From Octopus sinensis (Eukaryota): a stretch of 64,000 nucleotides of DNA. The notes under the pieces were generated by a model, which saw only the letters and a program-made list of their open reading frames with translations, had not been told where the DNA came from and searched no databases. Positions 46,759-60,885 of this stretch are shown here, in pieces. The translations under genes and the position numbers were made by a program. Location of the stretch: NCBI RefSeq assembly GCF_006345805.1, contig NC_043007.1, positions 29,946,001-30,010,000 of the forward strand, in the 5' to 3' direction. How positions within the stretch are numbered: position 1 is the stretch's first letter; the number at the start of each line of letters is the position of its first letter.

Positions 46759-48905
46759 ATCCTATAAGCATCCGTTCAGACGATATCAAATTCAAAGCGA
46801 AACGGATAGACATTATTCTATTATTGTTTATCGGAGGAGGAACGACAGAACCCTTAACTTTTCTTTGGGGTTCCAAGGCTGGTGACGGGGACAGGGTAGA
46901 AGTTATCTTCTGACAGAATGCCTTTCCTCCCCGAATTATTGCAACAAGGGGGTGGGGATGTTAAAGTCTACAGAGGAGTAAGTGGTGGATGTTAATATGG
47001 GCGACAGATTAAGTGAGCCACCACCAAATAGGGGACAGACATATGTCCAAGATGCGGTGATATAGGATTGAAACCAGAACCACAAGAATGTCAAACGAAG
47101 TTTTGAACCACTTAGTCATTGCAATACACAAAAAGCATTGGAACGATGGAAAGTTTTTGATAAATATCTTCGAATCTTTGTATTCGCCAGAAAAGCTTAA
47201 GATATGGAAACTGCCAAGAAGAGATCAAATATAAATAAGAAAATCTAACTGTTAACTGACCTGCTAGAAACAGAAGCTAACTCTTCTTCAAACCACACGG
47301 TAATGCCTTTTAAAAGAATAAAGAAAGATATTTTGAAAGTGGAACATAGATTCGCTGAAATAACCCGTTTGTATTTTGCGGAAGAGTTGTTAGGCATGAG
47401 AGAGTGAAATCTGTTTAATAAAAAGGGGGTTGATGTGCCATTTGCTATGAATAAGGCTTCACGAAACTTCATAAATTGATAGTTTAAAAGAAAATTGTAA
47501 GATAAAAAGCATTAAATGATTTTTTAAAAATAATTATAAGTGGGACAATCGAAGTTCTGGTTTCGTTAATTATTATTGAATAATTTTGTATTACAGGTCA
47601 TTATAAAATTTCAAAGTTGTAATTAAAACAACTGAAAAAAAGTGAGATTTCTCTTTGGGTAAGGGCGTCCATTGTAGGATATAGAAATCAGTGGAAGCGA
47701 GGCGTATAAGTTTTCTGGACAATTGCGTGGTTTTGTGGTCATTAGGATTATTATCTGTCTGGGAAGATAAGTTGTTTGAAATATTTTAATGTTCAAAGTA
47801 CCAAGTAAGTTGAGACTAGTTCTGGGAGTCAAAGAATTTCACCGGATTCTTGAGTGCGCAGCTGACAAATCTTTTATTTGTTAGCGAATCTCTTTAATGC
47901 AAGATATTTCCACTTTAAACCCTACACTATTGATGAGTTCGGATAAATCTTTTGAACCAAAAAGTAGATTATTATTATTTTTTTTTTTTCATCTTAATCT
48001 AAAAAGACTTGCCATTGAAGGTTACAGATTTTTTGGAGTCCGTAAAATTCGTCAAGTGATTTATGAGATGTTTATAGAGAAGTGAGAACAGAAATAAATA
48101 GATTCAACAGAAAACTTCGAGAATTCAGAGGGTGAATGTTTCTTAGGGATCTCTGCATAGACAGATATAGATCCAGGAAATACATGCAGTAATTCGTACT
48201 GATGAGACAGACGAGCATTTGAGTAGTCCTTCATGTTGGATCAACCCACATAGGGAAGTAAAGTGCATGGGATCACTAATGGAGACTTCGCAACTAATGG
48301 ATAAGGAAGTGTGGGTAGTTCCTTACATCTGTTTCTGGGGGAAGTTATGTGAAATGTGTCTACATATATAAAATGTGTAAGTTATGCGAACTGTCTAGCG
48401 AAATCACTAGAAGCGAAATCACTAGAAGAGAAATCACAAGATATATAAACAAAGATGTAAATAGATTGTTAGTCTGGACGGGTTATGTTAATAAAATACA
48501 TTGAATGGTTGGCATAGAATAAAAGATAAAGAAATATGAAATGCTAGAAATGAGGGCTGACGATAAGAGAAGGATAAGGAAAAGAAGGAGAGGGTGAGGG
48601 AGAAAAGGAAGATGTAGAGACGAGAAATATGAGTGGTGTAACCGTGACACCAGTCGTCGGTCGTTCTAGATAAATAGTGAATTCTAAAAAGTGAAAGTGA
48701 GGCAGTGGTAGACATCAAAGAATGTAAGAGAGAGAGAGAGAGGGGGGGGGAGAAGTAAGAATTAAAGAAGAGTTTTACGACAGCCTGTTGCGTATAGAGT
48801 CGCGAAGTTGTCTGGTTATGAAGTGGTTGGAAGTTTCCAAGTATGGGGGAAGGTTGCAACCTCGGTAGAACACTTGCAGGAGATTGTAAAGATCGACGCT
48901 GGTAG

Positions 48906-49005
48906 NNNNNNNNNNNNNNNNNNNNNNNNNNNNNNNNNNNNNNNNNNNNNNNNNNNNNNNNNNNNNNNNNNNNNNNNNNNNNNNNNNNNNNNNNNNNNNN
49001 NNNNN
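48906..49005. other. Assembly gap (100 N, true size unknown)
   Basis: Run of N. Confidence 1.
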
Positions 49006-49464
49006 AACGTTCTGCCGACATCCTTGGTTTGTAACGTTGCAATATTGTTTGCTATTATCCACAATGGTCTTCACTACGCTTGGCATTGTGTCGGCAGTTG
49101 TGTGGTGGTGATGGTGGCGGTTGTGGTAGTGGTGATGATTGTGATGTTGGTAACAGTAGTGGTGATGATGGTGGTGGTTGTGGCGGTAGTTGTGGTGATG
49201 ACTGTGATGGTGGTAACAGTGGTGGTGATGATAGTGGTGGCTGTGGTGGTAGTTGACGTGGTGGTGGTGATGGTGATAGCATTTGTTGCTATTGTTTTTG
49301 TTGCTGTTGCTAATTTCTCATTATCGTTTTTCGCTTTCGTTGCTGTTTCTCTTATTTACTTTTGACATCGCCATTGTTGTTCTTATTGCTGTTGTTGCCG
49401 CTATTTATTGCAGCGGCGATGATGGTGGTGTCACTTGTGTCCATGTTTTTCCATTTTGATGCCT

Positions 49465-49497
<33 letters not shown>

Positions 49498-49859
49498 CCA
49501 ACGCCGTGAGCTGTTCGCGTAGGCATGGGCGGTAGTGGTGGAACTTTGGCTTAAGATGGGAAATACAAGGCCGAGATCGCTGTTCCAAAAACTGACCCCG
49601 GGGAGGGAAGCAGTTGAAAATTTCGGTACGATGCTTTTTATTTTGAAATGAGTGAGTTCTATAAAATGAAAAAAAATATATTTCCGCTGCGAAGATCGAA
49701 AACAAAGTGAAACTGACCATTTCAGGGGTTGATCCTTGGTACCTCTGCATTTACGCTTGCACCCCTTCTGCTCATGTAGCAGGACTCCATTTTATTCCAG
49801 ATGTTCGTACATTGACTCTGCGAGTATTCCAACCAACAATTTCCACATAAGTGGCAAAC

Positions 49860-50830
49860 AGGATATCGGCCCATAATTGTCTACCGTATTGTCTTTTTTG
49901 GTGTTTTTCAGGCACAGCACTGTCCTACCCAATGTCAACCACTCTGGTGTTACTTGGTCGGCATTTAACAAGGCGTTGAGTTGCGCAGCTATTCGTGCAT
50001 GACATTCCTCAAATCTTTAGATCCAGTAGCCTTGAACTCCATATAGTCCCGGGGCCTTCCAGCTGCTCATTTTTTTGTTGATTTCGTTCACTGAAATGAC
50101 TAGTTCTGCCTGTTTTGGACAGACTACTGCTTGCTTCAGGTCTTTCAACCATCCAGCATCCTTCATGTGCTCCTTGTCTTTGCTCCAGATGTCACTCCAA
50201 AACCTTTGACTCTCAATGTTATCTGGCATCAACTTTTTCATCTGTACACTCTCCATTTATTTCCGTATAGAATCTCTTCTGATCTACTCTGAATAACCTA
50301 TTCTGGTGGTAACCCTTCATTCTTTGGTCGTATCTAACCATCTTTGCTTTCTTTGCAACGAGGCGCTGTTTCAGTTCCTCCACTACTGCTTTCAGGCCCT
50401 TTCTTTCAATATTTTACTTCCTTTTCAGCGTCCTGTATTTTTGTTTGCTTTTAAGCTCCACTTTCTCTTTTCGGTCTAACACAGAAATGTCCTTCGAGAG
50501 CATATCTAACCCTGCCTGGATTCTTCTTTTCCACCATGGTTCTTTTCTTTTGCCACTCCCATTAAATTTCTTTTCCTTGTCATCAACATACACATTTTCT
50601 GCTACAATAATACTTGCTACCTTGATCAAATTATTTTTTTCTGTGATGTTGTTTGTTTTGATGTATTTCAGAATTTCATTGACATTTTCGTTTCTTGGCT
50701 CAATTTCCATCGATCGAATAATGTCGCTATCCTTCTCCTGTAGCCATGCCTTTATTCTGTCGTAGATTGCCTTTTGTTCATCTGTCATGTCACCAATAGT
50801 TTTATTGTCTTCAAAATTTTTTACCTAATG
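49860..50830 (-). mobile_element. R4/Dong-clade LINE fragment (pre-RT and RT N-terminus) next to (ATT)n
   Basis: [48 protein letters not shown]. Confidence 0.8.
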
Positions 50831-50842
50831 AGAGACATATAG

Positions 50843-50899
<57 letters not shown>

Positions 50900-51409
50900 T
50901 ACATTTCAATATCTAAATTGTAGCCAGATACTCCAGATACGTCACAATATTTCCAGTAATATGGAATTTCTTGGAGATCTTTAATATTTACGAAAAGGTG
51001 AATCTATTTTAGAAGACCAACAATAAATTTGGTGATACGATAACTTTTGGAGGGAAGCTCCTAAGATATTTGAGAAGGTTTTTTTTTTAAGATTAAGCTA
51101 TTTGGGGGTGTTCCCAAGTTATAACCGGAAGTCAATGAAACTACACCGGAAGGACTTTATAGTCATTGCAGAAGTTCTGAATGAATGAAATGGTGAACAT
51201 TTGTTGATAAACAGAAAATGGTGAAAGTAAGTCATCTGTTGACGAGAGATAAAAGAAGTATATAGCATTCTCTTACCCCTCTCACACACATACACACACA
51301 CACATAAACACACACATACATATTTACGAGTCTATATGTGTATATATATATATATATGTGTGCATGTGTGTGCATCTACGTATGTATACATACATATATA
51401 TATATATAT

Positions 51410-51449
<40 letters not shown>

Positions 51450-51929
51450 TGTATATATATATATATATGTATGTATATACACCACACATATACATAATAC
51501 AAAAATATTATATATACACGTGTGTGTGTGACTACAAAGACTTGAGTGGGTGGTTGACACAGCTAATCGGTGGTTCCTAACGGATCGTGGGGAAATATAC
51601 TTACAGCAAATTATCACGTGAAGCCAGGACTAGAAAGGTTGGGGTGGTTAAGGAAGAATTAAGACAGACGGACATAAACACACGCATACATATGCACTCA
51701 CACACACGTACATATTAGATATGTGTGTGTGTATGCGCGCGTGTGTCCGTGTGTGTGTGTGTGTGTGTACGAATATGTTCGTGCGTGCCTGGTAACCGAG
51801 AACAAACAAGACCCAAGGCCACCACGTAGAAAAAAAATTAAACAGTCTCAGAAAGATGGCTGACATATTCAAATTGATTCATAAAGAAGAAAGAAAAAAA
51901 TGAAAATGAAGGGGTTCTACCAATCCTAA

Positions 51930-52270
51930 CAAAAGCACGCTGCGTGGCAGCATCAGGTGGCTTCTCTTCATCCGTGCCTATCATGGCACTCTCCTACGAT
52001 TGTTGGACACTAAGTGACCGTCGTCCGGTCCCCTCGCTGACAATGCATCAAACGCAGTTATTCAAATGCTTCATTCATGTTGAGAGTTAGGAGACCACGT
52101 GATATTGCGTGTAACGTCCTTAGATGATTTTTCAGCTTCTTGCCTCTCTTATCAAAGGCGTTATTCCCATCACATGAAACTTGTAGCTGATGTTTTCGTG
52201 CACCATACATCCGATAGTGAACGCTACCACATTGAGACACCTCGTGATGGCCCTCATCCAGCGCTGAAGT
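51930..52270 (+). mobile_element. Old RTE-type LINE C-terminal fragment
   Basis: LSYDCWTL..., a decayed LLYGCETWTL-like motif. Confidence 0.35.
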
Positions 52271-53123
52271 AAACAGAGTACAAGACATACAACACAAGGA
52301 ATATTCCCCTTCTTCAGTTGTCCCTGTTTCGTCTACTCCGCGTTTCGAAGGTAAGGACAAGACGCGACTTCGTTGAAACAATTCTTCCCGCAAAGCAAAT
52401 TAAATAAAATTTAAGATTTTTGCGGAGAGTAAAAGTGGTAACAAGAACAGGATAGTAAGAACAAAACAGTAAAAACAATAAAATAAGTAAAAACAGTAAA
52501 AGGCAAAACAATGAGAACAAAACAGAAAAAACAAACATTAGTCAAGACGATGGAAAAATTATTCTGAACGCTTAAGAAGACAGCTTATGAAGAGACAGGA
52601 TAAGCAGGTCTGGTCTTGATGATGATGCCAGTTGGAAAGATGGCTTCCCTCTGATCACGTGCCAGAGAGAGTCGAGGAGGAAGAGGAGGAGTAAGAGAGA
52701 GGTAAAGGTGATATATATATATATATGTGTGTGTGTGGTGTGTGTGTGTGTGTATGTGCATAAATACACACACATGTATATATATATATATACAATGTAT
52801 ATATATATATACATATATATATATATACATGTACATGCATATATGTATGTATACATATACCTATGTACACTCATACACACATATATACACCCGTATATCC
52901 ATATATAGCATGTACTTTCCATAGTAAAAGTCGTATCTGTTTTGAAGAGGGCGTTACTGGTAATTTTCCTGTTTACTGATGATAGAATAGCGATTAGAAC
53001 GCACACCACATCTATCTACCCGTCTCTTTCTGTCTGTCTCTGTCTGTCTGTCTGTCTGTCTCTCTTTCTCTGTCTGTCTGTTTGTTTGTCTGTCTGTCTC
53101 TCTGTATATATATATTATATATG

Positions 53124-53179
<56 letters not shown>

Positions 53180-53697
53180 ATATATACATGGATGGATGTA
53201 AAGGGATGTATGTATATAGACACAGGCAACCAACCATCCACATGCCTCCCCACCCAATCTCTTCGTGCTGGGATTTCTCATCATTGTACCCCCACTCCGT
53301 GGCCTTTCCTATTTTGACATTCTCACCACATCCCCCACCCCTGAAACCCCATAACAAATCCCCTTTTGCCCCCGTTACAACCCATCTCCGATAAGCACCT
53401 CTCAGTGATGGCGTTTGTGGCGGCCGCGATGGTGAGTGGCGCTGGTGTTGGTGGGTGGGGGGGGTAATGGCCGCGATGACAATGATATAGTATCGTCGTG
53501 GTGGTGGTCACATTGTGAGACTGGATTGGTAGTATTGGTGTTCGAATGGGAAGTGGGGCAGGAGCAATACATAGTGTCACAGTGGCCACCCCAGAGGACT
53601 GCCCTCCCCCACCACCACCTTCTGCACTCTTCTTCTGTCTCGACTCATGATGATGACTTAGTAAAGCCACTAGTTTCCCCTCTGTAGTCATATCCCT

Positions 53698-53933
53698 CTA
53701 CTACTACTACTACTACCACTACTACTATTACCACTACCACTACCTCTACCACTACCATCACTACCACCACCACCACCACTACTACTACCACCACTACTAC
53801 TATTACTACTACTACTACCACCACTACTACTATTACTACTACTACTACTACTACTACTACCACTACCACTACTACTATTACCACTACCGCTACCACCACC
53901 ACCACCACCACCACTACTACTACTACTACCACC

Positions 53934-53973
<40 letters not shown>
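53698..53973. repeat. (ACT/ACC)n compound microsatellite
   Basis: Seen directly. Confidence 0.95.
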
Positions 53974-53974
<1 letters not shown>

Positions 53975-54659
53975 GTTTTCCCCCACCCCCACAATATCGC
54001 TGAATAATGTTATAAATAGAGGCGGTGGGGTCAGTCATTAGTCACAAATACAATGGCTGGGAACAGCATCGACTAAATCACTCGCAGCAGCAACAACAAC
54101 AGCAACAACAAAAGCTCCAGTATCTAGAGAAACAAGCGTGGTGGTGGTGGTGTCGGTGTCAGCTGTCAGCTGATCGATTCCCAATACTGTCATCACTTGT
54201 CACGAAATTATTCTAAGTTCTGTAAACATGGGAAACTCTTCGTAAACCGTTCTTTACTTTTTCCCCGTCTACGCCCCCCCCCCATACCATCTTCAACCGT
54301 CGTCGTCATCGTCGTCCTCGCCACCGCCGCTGCCACCGTTGTTGTCACTGTTCTTCTTCTTCTTCTTGCCTTTCTTTCTTTTCTTTCTCCTCCTCCTCCT
54401 CCTCCTCCCTATTTCTAAACCTGTTTCCCTCCCCCCCCCTATTAATAACCACACACTTCATTGCCATTATCTCTGCAAGACAATATGGCCGGCGGAACAC
54501 TGATTGATACACAATTTGTCTCTCTTCCCAGTTTCAGTTCAAATCCTAGCACAGCTTATCTCTAAAAGCAACTTGTCTCACTAATACTACACACACATAC
54601 ACACACTCTCTCTCTCATTATATGCACGCTTCCCTTCTCTGGATCTTTCCTTCTCCTAT

Positions 54660-54694
54660 GTTTCCGACGAAGAGCTCCACTCGAAACGTTAAAC
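54660..54694 (+). ncRNA. Degenerate minimal hammerhead-ribozyme-like motif in a Penelope-type terminal repeat remnant
   Basis: GTTT-CCGACGA-A-GAG-CTCCA-CTC-GAAA-CG-TT-AAAC; same architecture as 5720-5755; core U4 is mutated to C. Confidence 0.4.
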
Positions 54695-54960
54695 CCTCCT
54701 TCTTTCCTTCTTTCCTGAGCGACCAATAATACTATATTTGTTCCACGTCTTCGCGTTGTTGTGTTTTTTTGTGCTTTCTTGTTTGGATTAACTATATATA
54801 TATATATATAGTTAATCCAAACAAGAAAGCACAAATATAATGCATATATGTATGTATATATGTATAATATGTATATATATATGATATATATATATGGATA
54901 TATATATATAATATATATATATATAATATATATTATATATATATAATATATATATGTATG

Positions 54961-55042
<82 letters not shown>

Positions 55043-55088
55043 ATATAATATGTATGTATTATATATATATATATAATATATATGTATG

Positions 55089-55130
<42 letters not shown>

Positions 55131-55143
55131 TATATATATATAC

Positions 55144-55195
<52 letters not shown>

Positions 55196-55216
55196 GTCTG
55201 TATATATGTATGTATG

Positions 55217-55442
55217 GTGTGTGATGTGGGTTTCTTTAAAGCTAAACTGGATCTCTTCTTATCAGGGGTTCCAGACGAACCTACCTCTCGGCAGGAAACA
55301 CACATGCGGGCAGCGGCGTCGAACTCCCTTGTTGACCAAGTGCCACGTATCAGAGGAGCTTTCACATACTAGTGTAGCACAATCAACGGTAGTGCTCCAG
55401 CATGACCGCAACTTTTGGGCCGAAACATTCTTAAGGATTTAA

Positions 55443-55445
<3 letters not shown>
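55217..55445 (+). mobile_element. CR1/L2-group LINE extreme 3' end
   Basis: FKAKLDLFLSGVPDEPT...RAAASNSLVDQ*, then 3' UTR GTGCTCCAGCATGACCGC...GCCGAAACA and a short repeated tail (TTAAGGA)2. Confidence 0.7.
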
Positions 55446-55487
<42 letters not shown>

Positions 55488-55488
<1 letters not shown>

Positions 55489-55820
55489 CCGTTTTTTTGC
55501 GGCTCTAAATAACTCGTCGCCCTTTTCAAGCTTAGCCAGGTTCATGGGCCCAGTTTCCCGGTTTCTGTGGCGTATGTGTTCCCTCCAGCTGGACGGGACA
55601 CCAGTCCATCGCAGCATTACTCAAGAAACAGGAAGAGCGAGTGAGAGAAAGTTGGGGTGAAAGAGTACAACAGGGGTCGCCACCACCCTCTGCCGGAGCC
55701 TCGTGGAGCTTTTAGGTGTTTTTGCTCAATAAACACACACAACACCTGGTCTGGGAATCGAAACCGCTATCCTCTGACCGCGAGTCCGCTGCCCTAACCA
55801 CTGGGCCATTGCGCCTCTGC
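55488..55820 (-). mobile_element. tRNA-derived SINE family C
   Basis: Minus-strand head GGCGCAATGGCCCAGTGGTTAGGGC (A box) ... GGTTTCGATTCCC (B box); CpG-rich, little decay. Confidence 0.8.
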
Positions 55821-57177
55821 TCTAAATAACAACCGCGTTAAATCCCTTTTGCTGCGGGGTCCGAAAGGGATCTGAAGAACATAAAACATGGATTTGGGAT
55901 TCTTTATTTCGTCTGTTACACATGTTTCTGTGTCCAGTTATTGATGATGTGGATCTCGGTCTAACAACGACGACAACAACAACAACCACTGATACCTTCA
56001 CTGCTTGATCATGGTTGCACGACCTGCTAGAAATAGTAGCTACATCTCCCTGAATCGCTGCCAATTATCTTTAAAAACGTCACCTCAGATAACGTATTCA
56101 AGGTTATGTTACAGAGGGAAAATAAAATCGAGATGGTCACCGCTGGAATGTCTTTCACTAAAGGTCTGTGCCCATACTACCACCACCACCACCATCACAA
56201 CAACAACAGCACATCATCATCATCCAAGTAAAATGATAGCCACATTTCACCTCAATCTCCTTCCTATTCAATTGCCGTCACGTGATTGAGTAATTAGCCA
56301 TTAGGGTTGACAATTAGCAGGAGTGGAATTTGAACTAAAGACTCTAAGAATCGGAACAGATGCAACCCGTCCAATTCGCTGGCAATCAATCCTACCAATC
56401 CACTGTTCTGGATTACTCTTATTTTATGCACAAATACCGAAATATTGAAAGGCAAACATTGATTTCGGCCCGATTTGAACTCAGAACTCGGACAGCCGGA
56501 GAAGATATACGGGCAAACGTTTTACCGACCGCTCCGACGATCTCGGCAATTGACCGCCATTTGCAATATGTTATATACATTTCCATCATGTATGTGTATG
56601 CTCCAGTGATGATGCGGTCGCGGATGTATATAACAGGCTGTATAAACCCGAAATACACTCAGCGCAGCCGACACAACGCCACGTGACACCGGATGTCTTC
56701 TCTTCACTGATAACATAGCAACAATGTAATAGGTACGATGGACACATTTAATATCAGAACTCCGTAACAACACACACACACACACGCACACACACACATA
56801 CACGTACAAGCATATATACACACATATAAACTAACTTGTTAGAAGTTAAATAAGTTGTTAGATTGGATTAAAAATAACATTGTCAGAAGAGAAATTCTCT
56901 CTCTCTCTCTCTCTCTCTCAATCTATTTAAACACACACGCACACACAATCACTCACATACACACACTCACTAACACACCCACACGTACTCCGCAGGGTAC
57001 ATCAATAATTAGTCTTAGCGAGGTTTCCATTTATATTGTTTTTCCAAAAGTGCTCAACAATTGTTTATATAACTTACGAATTACGAGGCTATGACATTAA
57101 GTCTAAGAAAAAAATGGAGAACAAACAGAAAGAACTAATTTCTAAATGCATGATACAATGCAATTATGCATGATGTG

Positions 57178-57251
<74 letters not shown>

Positions 57252-58400
57252 TATATATATATGTATACATATATATGTATATATACATATATATGCATAT
57301 GTATATGTATATACATATATATACATTTATGTACATATATACACATACATGTATATACGTATGTATATATATGTAATATAGATACATATATATATTATAC
57401 ATATATATACATATATGTATATGTATGTATATATATATATATTATGAATATGAATATGCGTGATATATATGTATGTTTCTGCGTATATGTATATACATGT
57501 ATATATAATATAATATAATAAAGATAACATTGAGCAACATATGGAGATCAGAAGTTTGTTAGGGTTTGATGTGAAACGGACCGGATAATTACTTATGACT
57601 TGTGTGTGTGTGTGAAAAATACATTTACTTTTAACGTGTGGAGGTAGATTAACATGGTAGTGGTGGTGGTGGCGATATTGCCATCATTTCTTCGTTGGGG
57701 GAGGCTGAAGGGTTAAGAGTCGTGATGAAGGATGTGGCTATGGCGGTGGGTGGTGTTGGTGGTGGTAGTTATCTTGATAGATGAGGATTTTGGCGTGTAT
57801 AGTTTTGAATATGGTAGAATTTCATTTCACTTTAAAATGACCATCACCACCGGAGTTGGCACCCAACCACCAGGACCATACAACTAAGACCACCACCACC
57901 ACCACCACCATCACCGCCACCGCCACCGCCACCAATCACACCCTTACCACTACCGCCGGTGCAATCTTCCCGCCTCCGCCGCTGTTGCACATTTCCGTGA
58001 GTCATATAACAAACCCGTTCTTCCACCTCGATGCAATCTGTTGAAATATATGCACATGCACAGATGTATTTATGCACCATTTTGTGCACGCAACAATAAC
58101 ATCTATTGATGTCTTATTGATAGCTGCATTTACATTTAGTGTATGTAAATGCGTGCGTTTGTGTGTGTGGGGGGGCGGAGGACATTGCACTTCAAGAGGC
58201 AAAAGAACAACAAAAAAGAAAAACGAGTACAAAAACAAGGGCGTCGGTAACAATATGACTCCAGACGGGGAAACATAGAAGGACTCCCTTTTTATATCGC
58301 TTAGTCAGAAAAGAGGGCACTGACCCCGATCACCATTTTCTGGGATTTCAAAGTTGTTAAGAACGTGTTATAACAAGCAGTTTTGCGACAGTGTGTGTAT

Positions 58401-58458
<58 letters not shown>

Positions 58459-58673
58459 ATATATATATATATAATATATATATAAGGTAAAATATGAAAA
58501 AATCAACGAAAATGCATATTCTATAGCCTTTTGCAAATAGAAAAAGGCTATTTATGACAGGTAGTGACAAATATATACATTTAGATTGACTGAGGTAGTA
58601 ATACGAGTCATAAAGGTCATTATTATGACATGATTATAAGATGATAATAATTAGAGAACAAAACGAAACATAT

Positions 58674-58717
<44 letters not shown>

Positions 58718-59594
58718 TATGTTATGTATGTATATATGCATTCATGTATGTATGTATGTGTGTATATTGTAAATGCAGCAAACTTTACAGAGGACAACCT
58801 AAGGAGAACTAAGTCTGACAAGTAAAGTATTTGCTTATACCTTCAGTGGGACGAAAATGTGTCGAAACGATTCGGACCGGAGTCTGTCATCAGAAAAAAA
58901 GAAAGAAGTGTAGAGAAATGGTCAGAAATAGAGGAAAGTGGGGGGGGTTATGAGGAGAAGGAGTGGGTTGTATGGATGCAAGTATAAGAGCCCCCCCCTC
59001 TAGAAACGGACATGAAGGAGAGTGATGTATATGTGTAGCTGTGCTGGGAATTTGGTAAAAATGCATTGGCTAGTTGGTGTGTGTGTGTGTGTGTGTGGTG
59101 TGTATGTGCATGTGTTTCTCCGTGTGTGTGCTTGTGTTTGGTGTGTGTGTGTATGTGTTTCTTCGTGTGTGTGTTTGGTGTGTGCGTATGTGTGTGTATT
59201 TCTCTGTGTGTGCGTTTGCGTGAATTCTTCGGTTGTGTGGCTCGAATGTGTACATGCAAGGAAGTGAAAGCCAGTGAGAGTGTGTGGGAATAAAGGGGGT
59301 CGATGAAGCATAGGGGGTGGCAAGAGGAAGGAGGAAGGGGTTGCTGGTACCTGCGCAAGGGGGTAACAAAAGTACATAAGGGTGTGAATACGTTTTTAAG
59401 CAAGACGAGAGGGTTTCTCACACACACACACACATCTCTATGCACACATGTGGCTCATTTGTTAAATACACGCATGTTTCTATATATACCTATACATATA
59501 TATGTACATATCAGTGTGTGTATGTGTATACATATATGCATATATATAAACATATATATACACACACATATATACATACATGCATGTATATATA

Positions 59595-59818
59595 TATTTC
59601 TTTACTACCCACAAGGGGCTAAACAAAGAGAGGACAAACAAGGACAGACAAACAGATTACGTCGACCCCAGTGAGTAACTGGTACTTAATTTATCGACTC
59701 CGAAAGGATGAAAGGCAAAGTCGACTTCGGCGGAATTTGAACTCAGAACGTAACGGCAGATGAAATACATCTACGCATTTCGCCCGGCGTGCTAACGTTT
59801 CTGCCGGCTCGCCGCCTT
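59595..59818 (-). mobile_element. SINE family A, full length
   Basis: Reverse complement of GGCGGCGAGCCGGCAGAAACGTTAGCACGCCGGGCG...GGGTAGTAAAGAAAT. Confidence 0.88.
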
Positions 59819-60095
59819 ATACATGCGCGTATATATGCATACACATACGTACATAGGCGCATGCATAAATAAATATTTATGATTGTAATTAAAACGTTAC
59901 TTTTTTTTATAGTTTTAAAAACGCGTTTACCATTTTTTTGTAATCTTCTTAGAATTAATTTCTAAAAGGTTAAATCTTGACAGCCTTGTCATTAAATCTC
60001 GAATATATTTCGAAAAAGGCGCGTCTAATCGCTTCAAAATCCACATATATAGATACATAAATATACACACATTTACACACACCACACACACATAT

Positions 60096-60129
<34 letters not shown>

Positions 60130-60885
60130 CTAGTCTGGATAGAATTAACATATCGGCTCTATTCTAGCAAAAACTGTCCAATGAAAGGCAACGGGAAACT
60201 CAGAGTAACAGGTCTTGTTGAATTTTCTGCTGCTTTAAATAAAGTATATATATATATATATATACTTTTGAGGATTTTGAGCTGTGTTCTTTCCGTGATG
60301 TTAGCTCAGTTCCAGTCGCTTATGAGGAGAAAATAAGGAACCATCGATTATATATATTTCTGACAGAGCAATGGCACAACGCCGCCGCAGAAATCATTAA
60401 TTATTAATTAAACTTTTCACTTGTAAATAGCGGAAGTGATTACCAGAGCGCCATTAGTGAAAGGTTATGAGGAAGGCTGAGAAAGAGGTAATGTAAGAGA
60501 GAGAGAGAGAGAGATAAAGAGGGAGAGGGAGAGAGAAAGAGAGATAGGGGTGGAGAGTGAGAGAGACGAGGTGTGGGAAGAGGGTCGTGATAAATACGAG
60601 GTAGGAAAATAAATACGTGTGGCTGTGTTGGAGACAATTAATCTTATAAGACTTAATTTATTAATTGGCTGAGATAATTGACACCTTTCACTCGCGGTGT
60701 GGTCCCTGTATTCTCTACCAAAGAAACATAATGTACAAAGTAAAGAAAATTTAATAAAGGAATTCGGATTGCGACCCGTTTCACACGAGCTGGAGTGAGA
60801 GAAAGAGAGAGAGAGAGGGGGTGGAGAGAGACGTAGAGAAAGAAAAAGAGAGACAGACAGAGACAGTGAGGGAGACAGGCTTATA

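Noticed and set aside
47200-48450. Unique-looking AT-rich stretch with short minus-strand ORFs
   Set aside because: Many stops and no clear motif; probably a very old LINE remnant, not assignable.
48775-49365. ORFs spanning the N gap and His/Thr/Pro-rich frames beside it
   Set aside because: Gap size is arbitrary, so frames cannot be joined. Low-complexity (CAC)n explains the open frames, and ATFPHTWK may be a LINE remnant. A hidden exon cannot be excluded.
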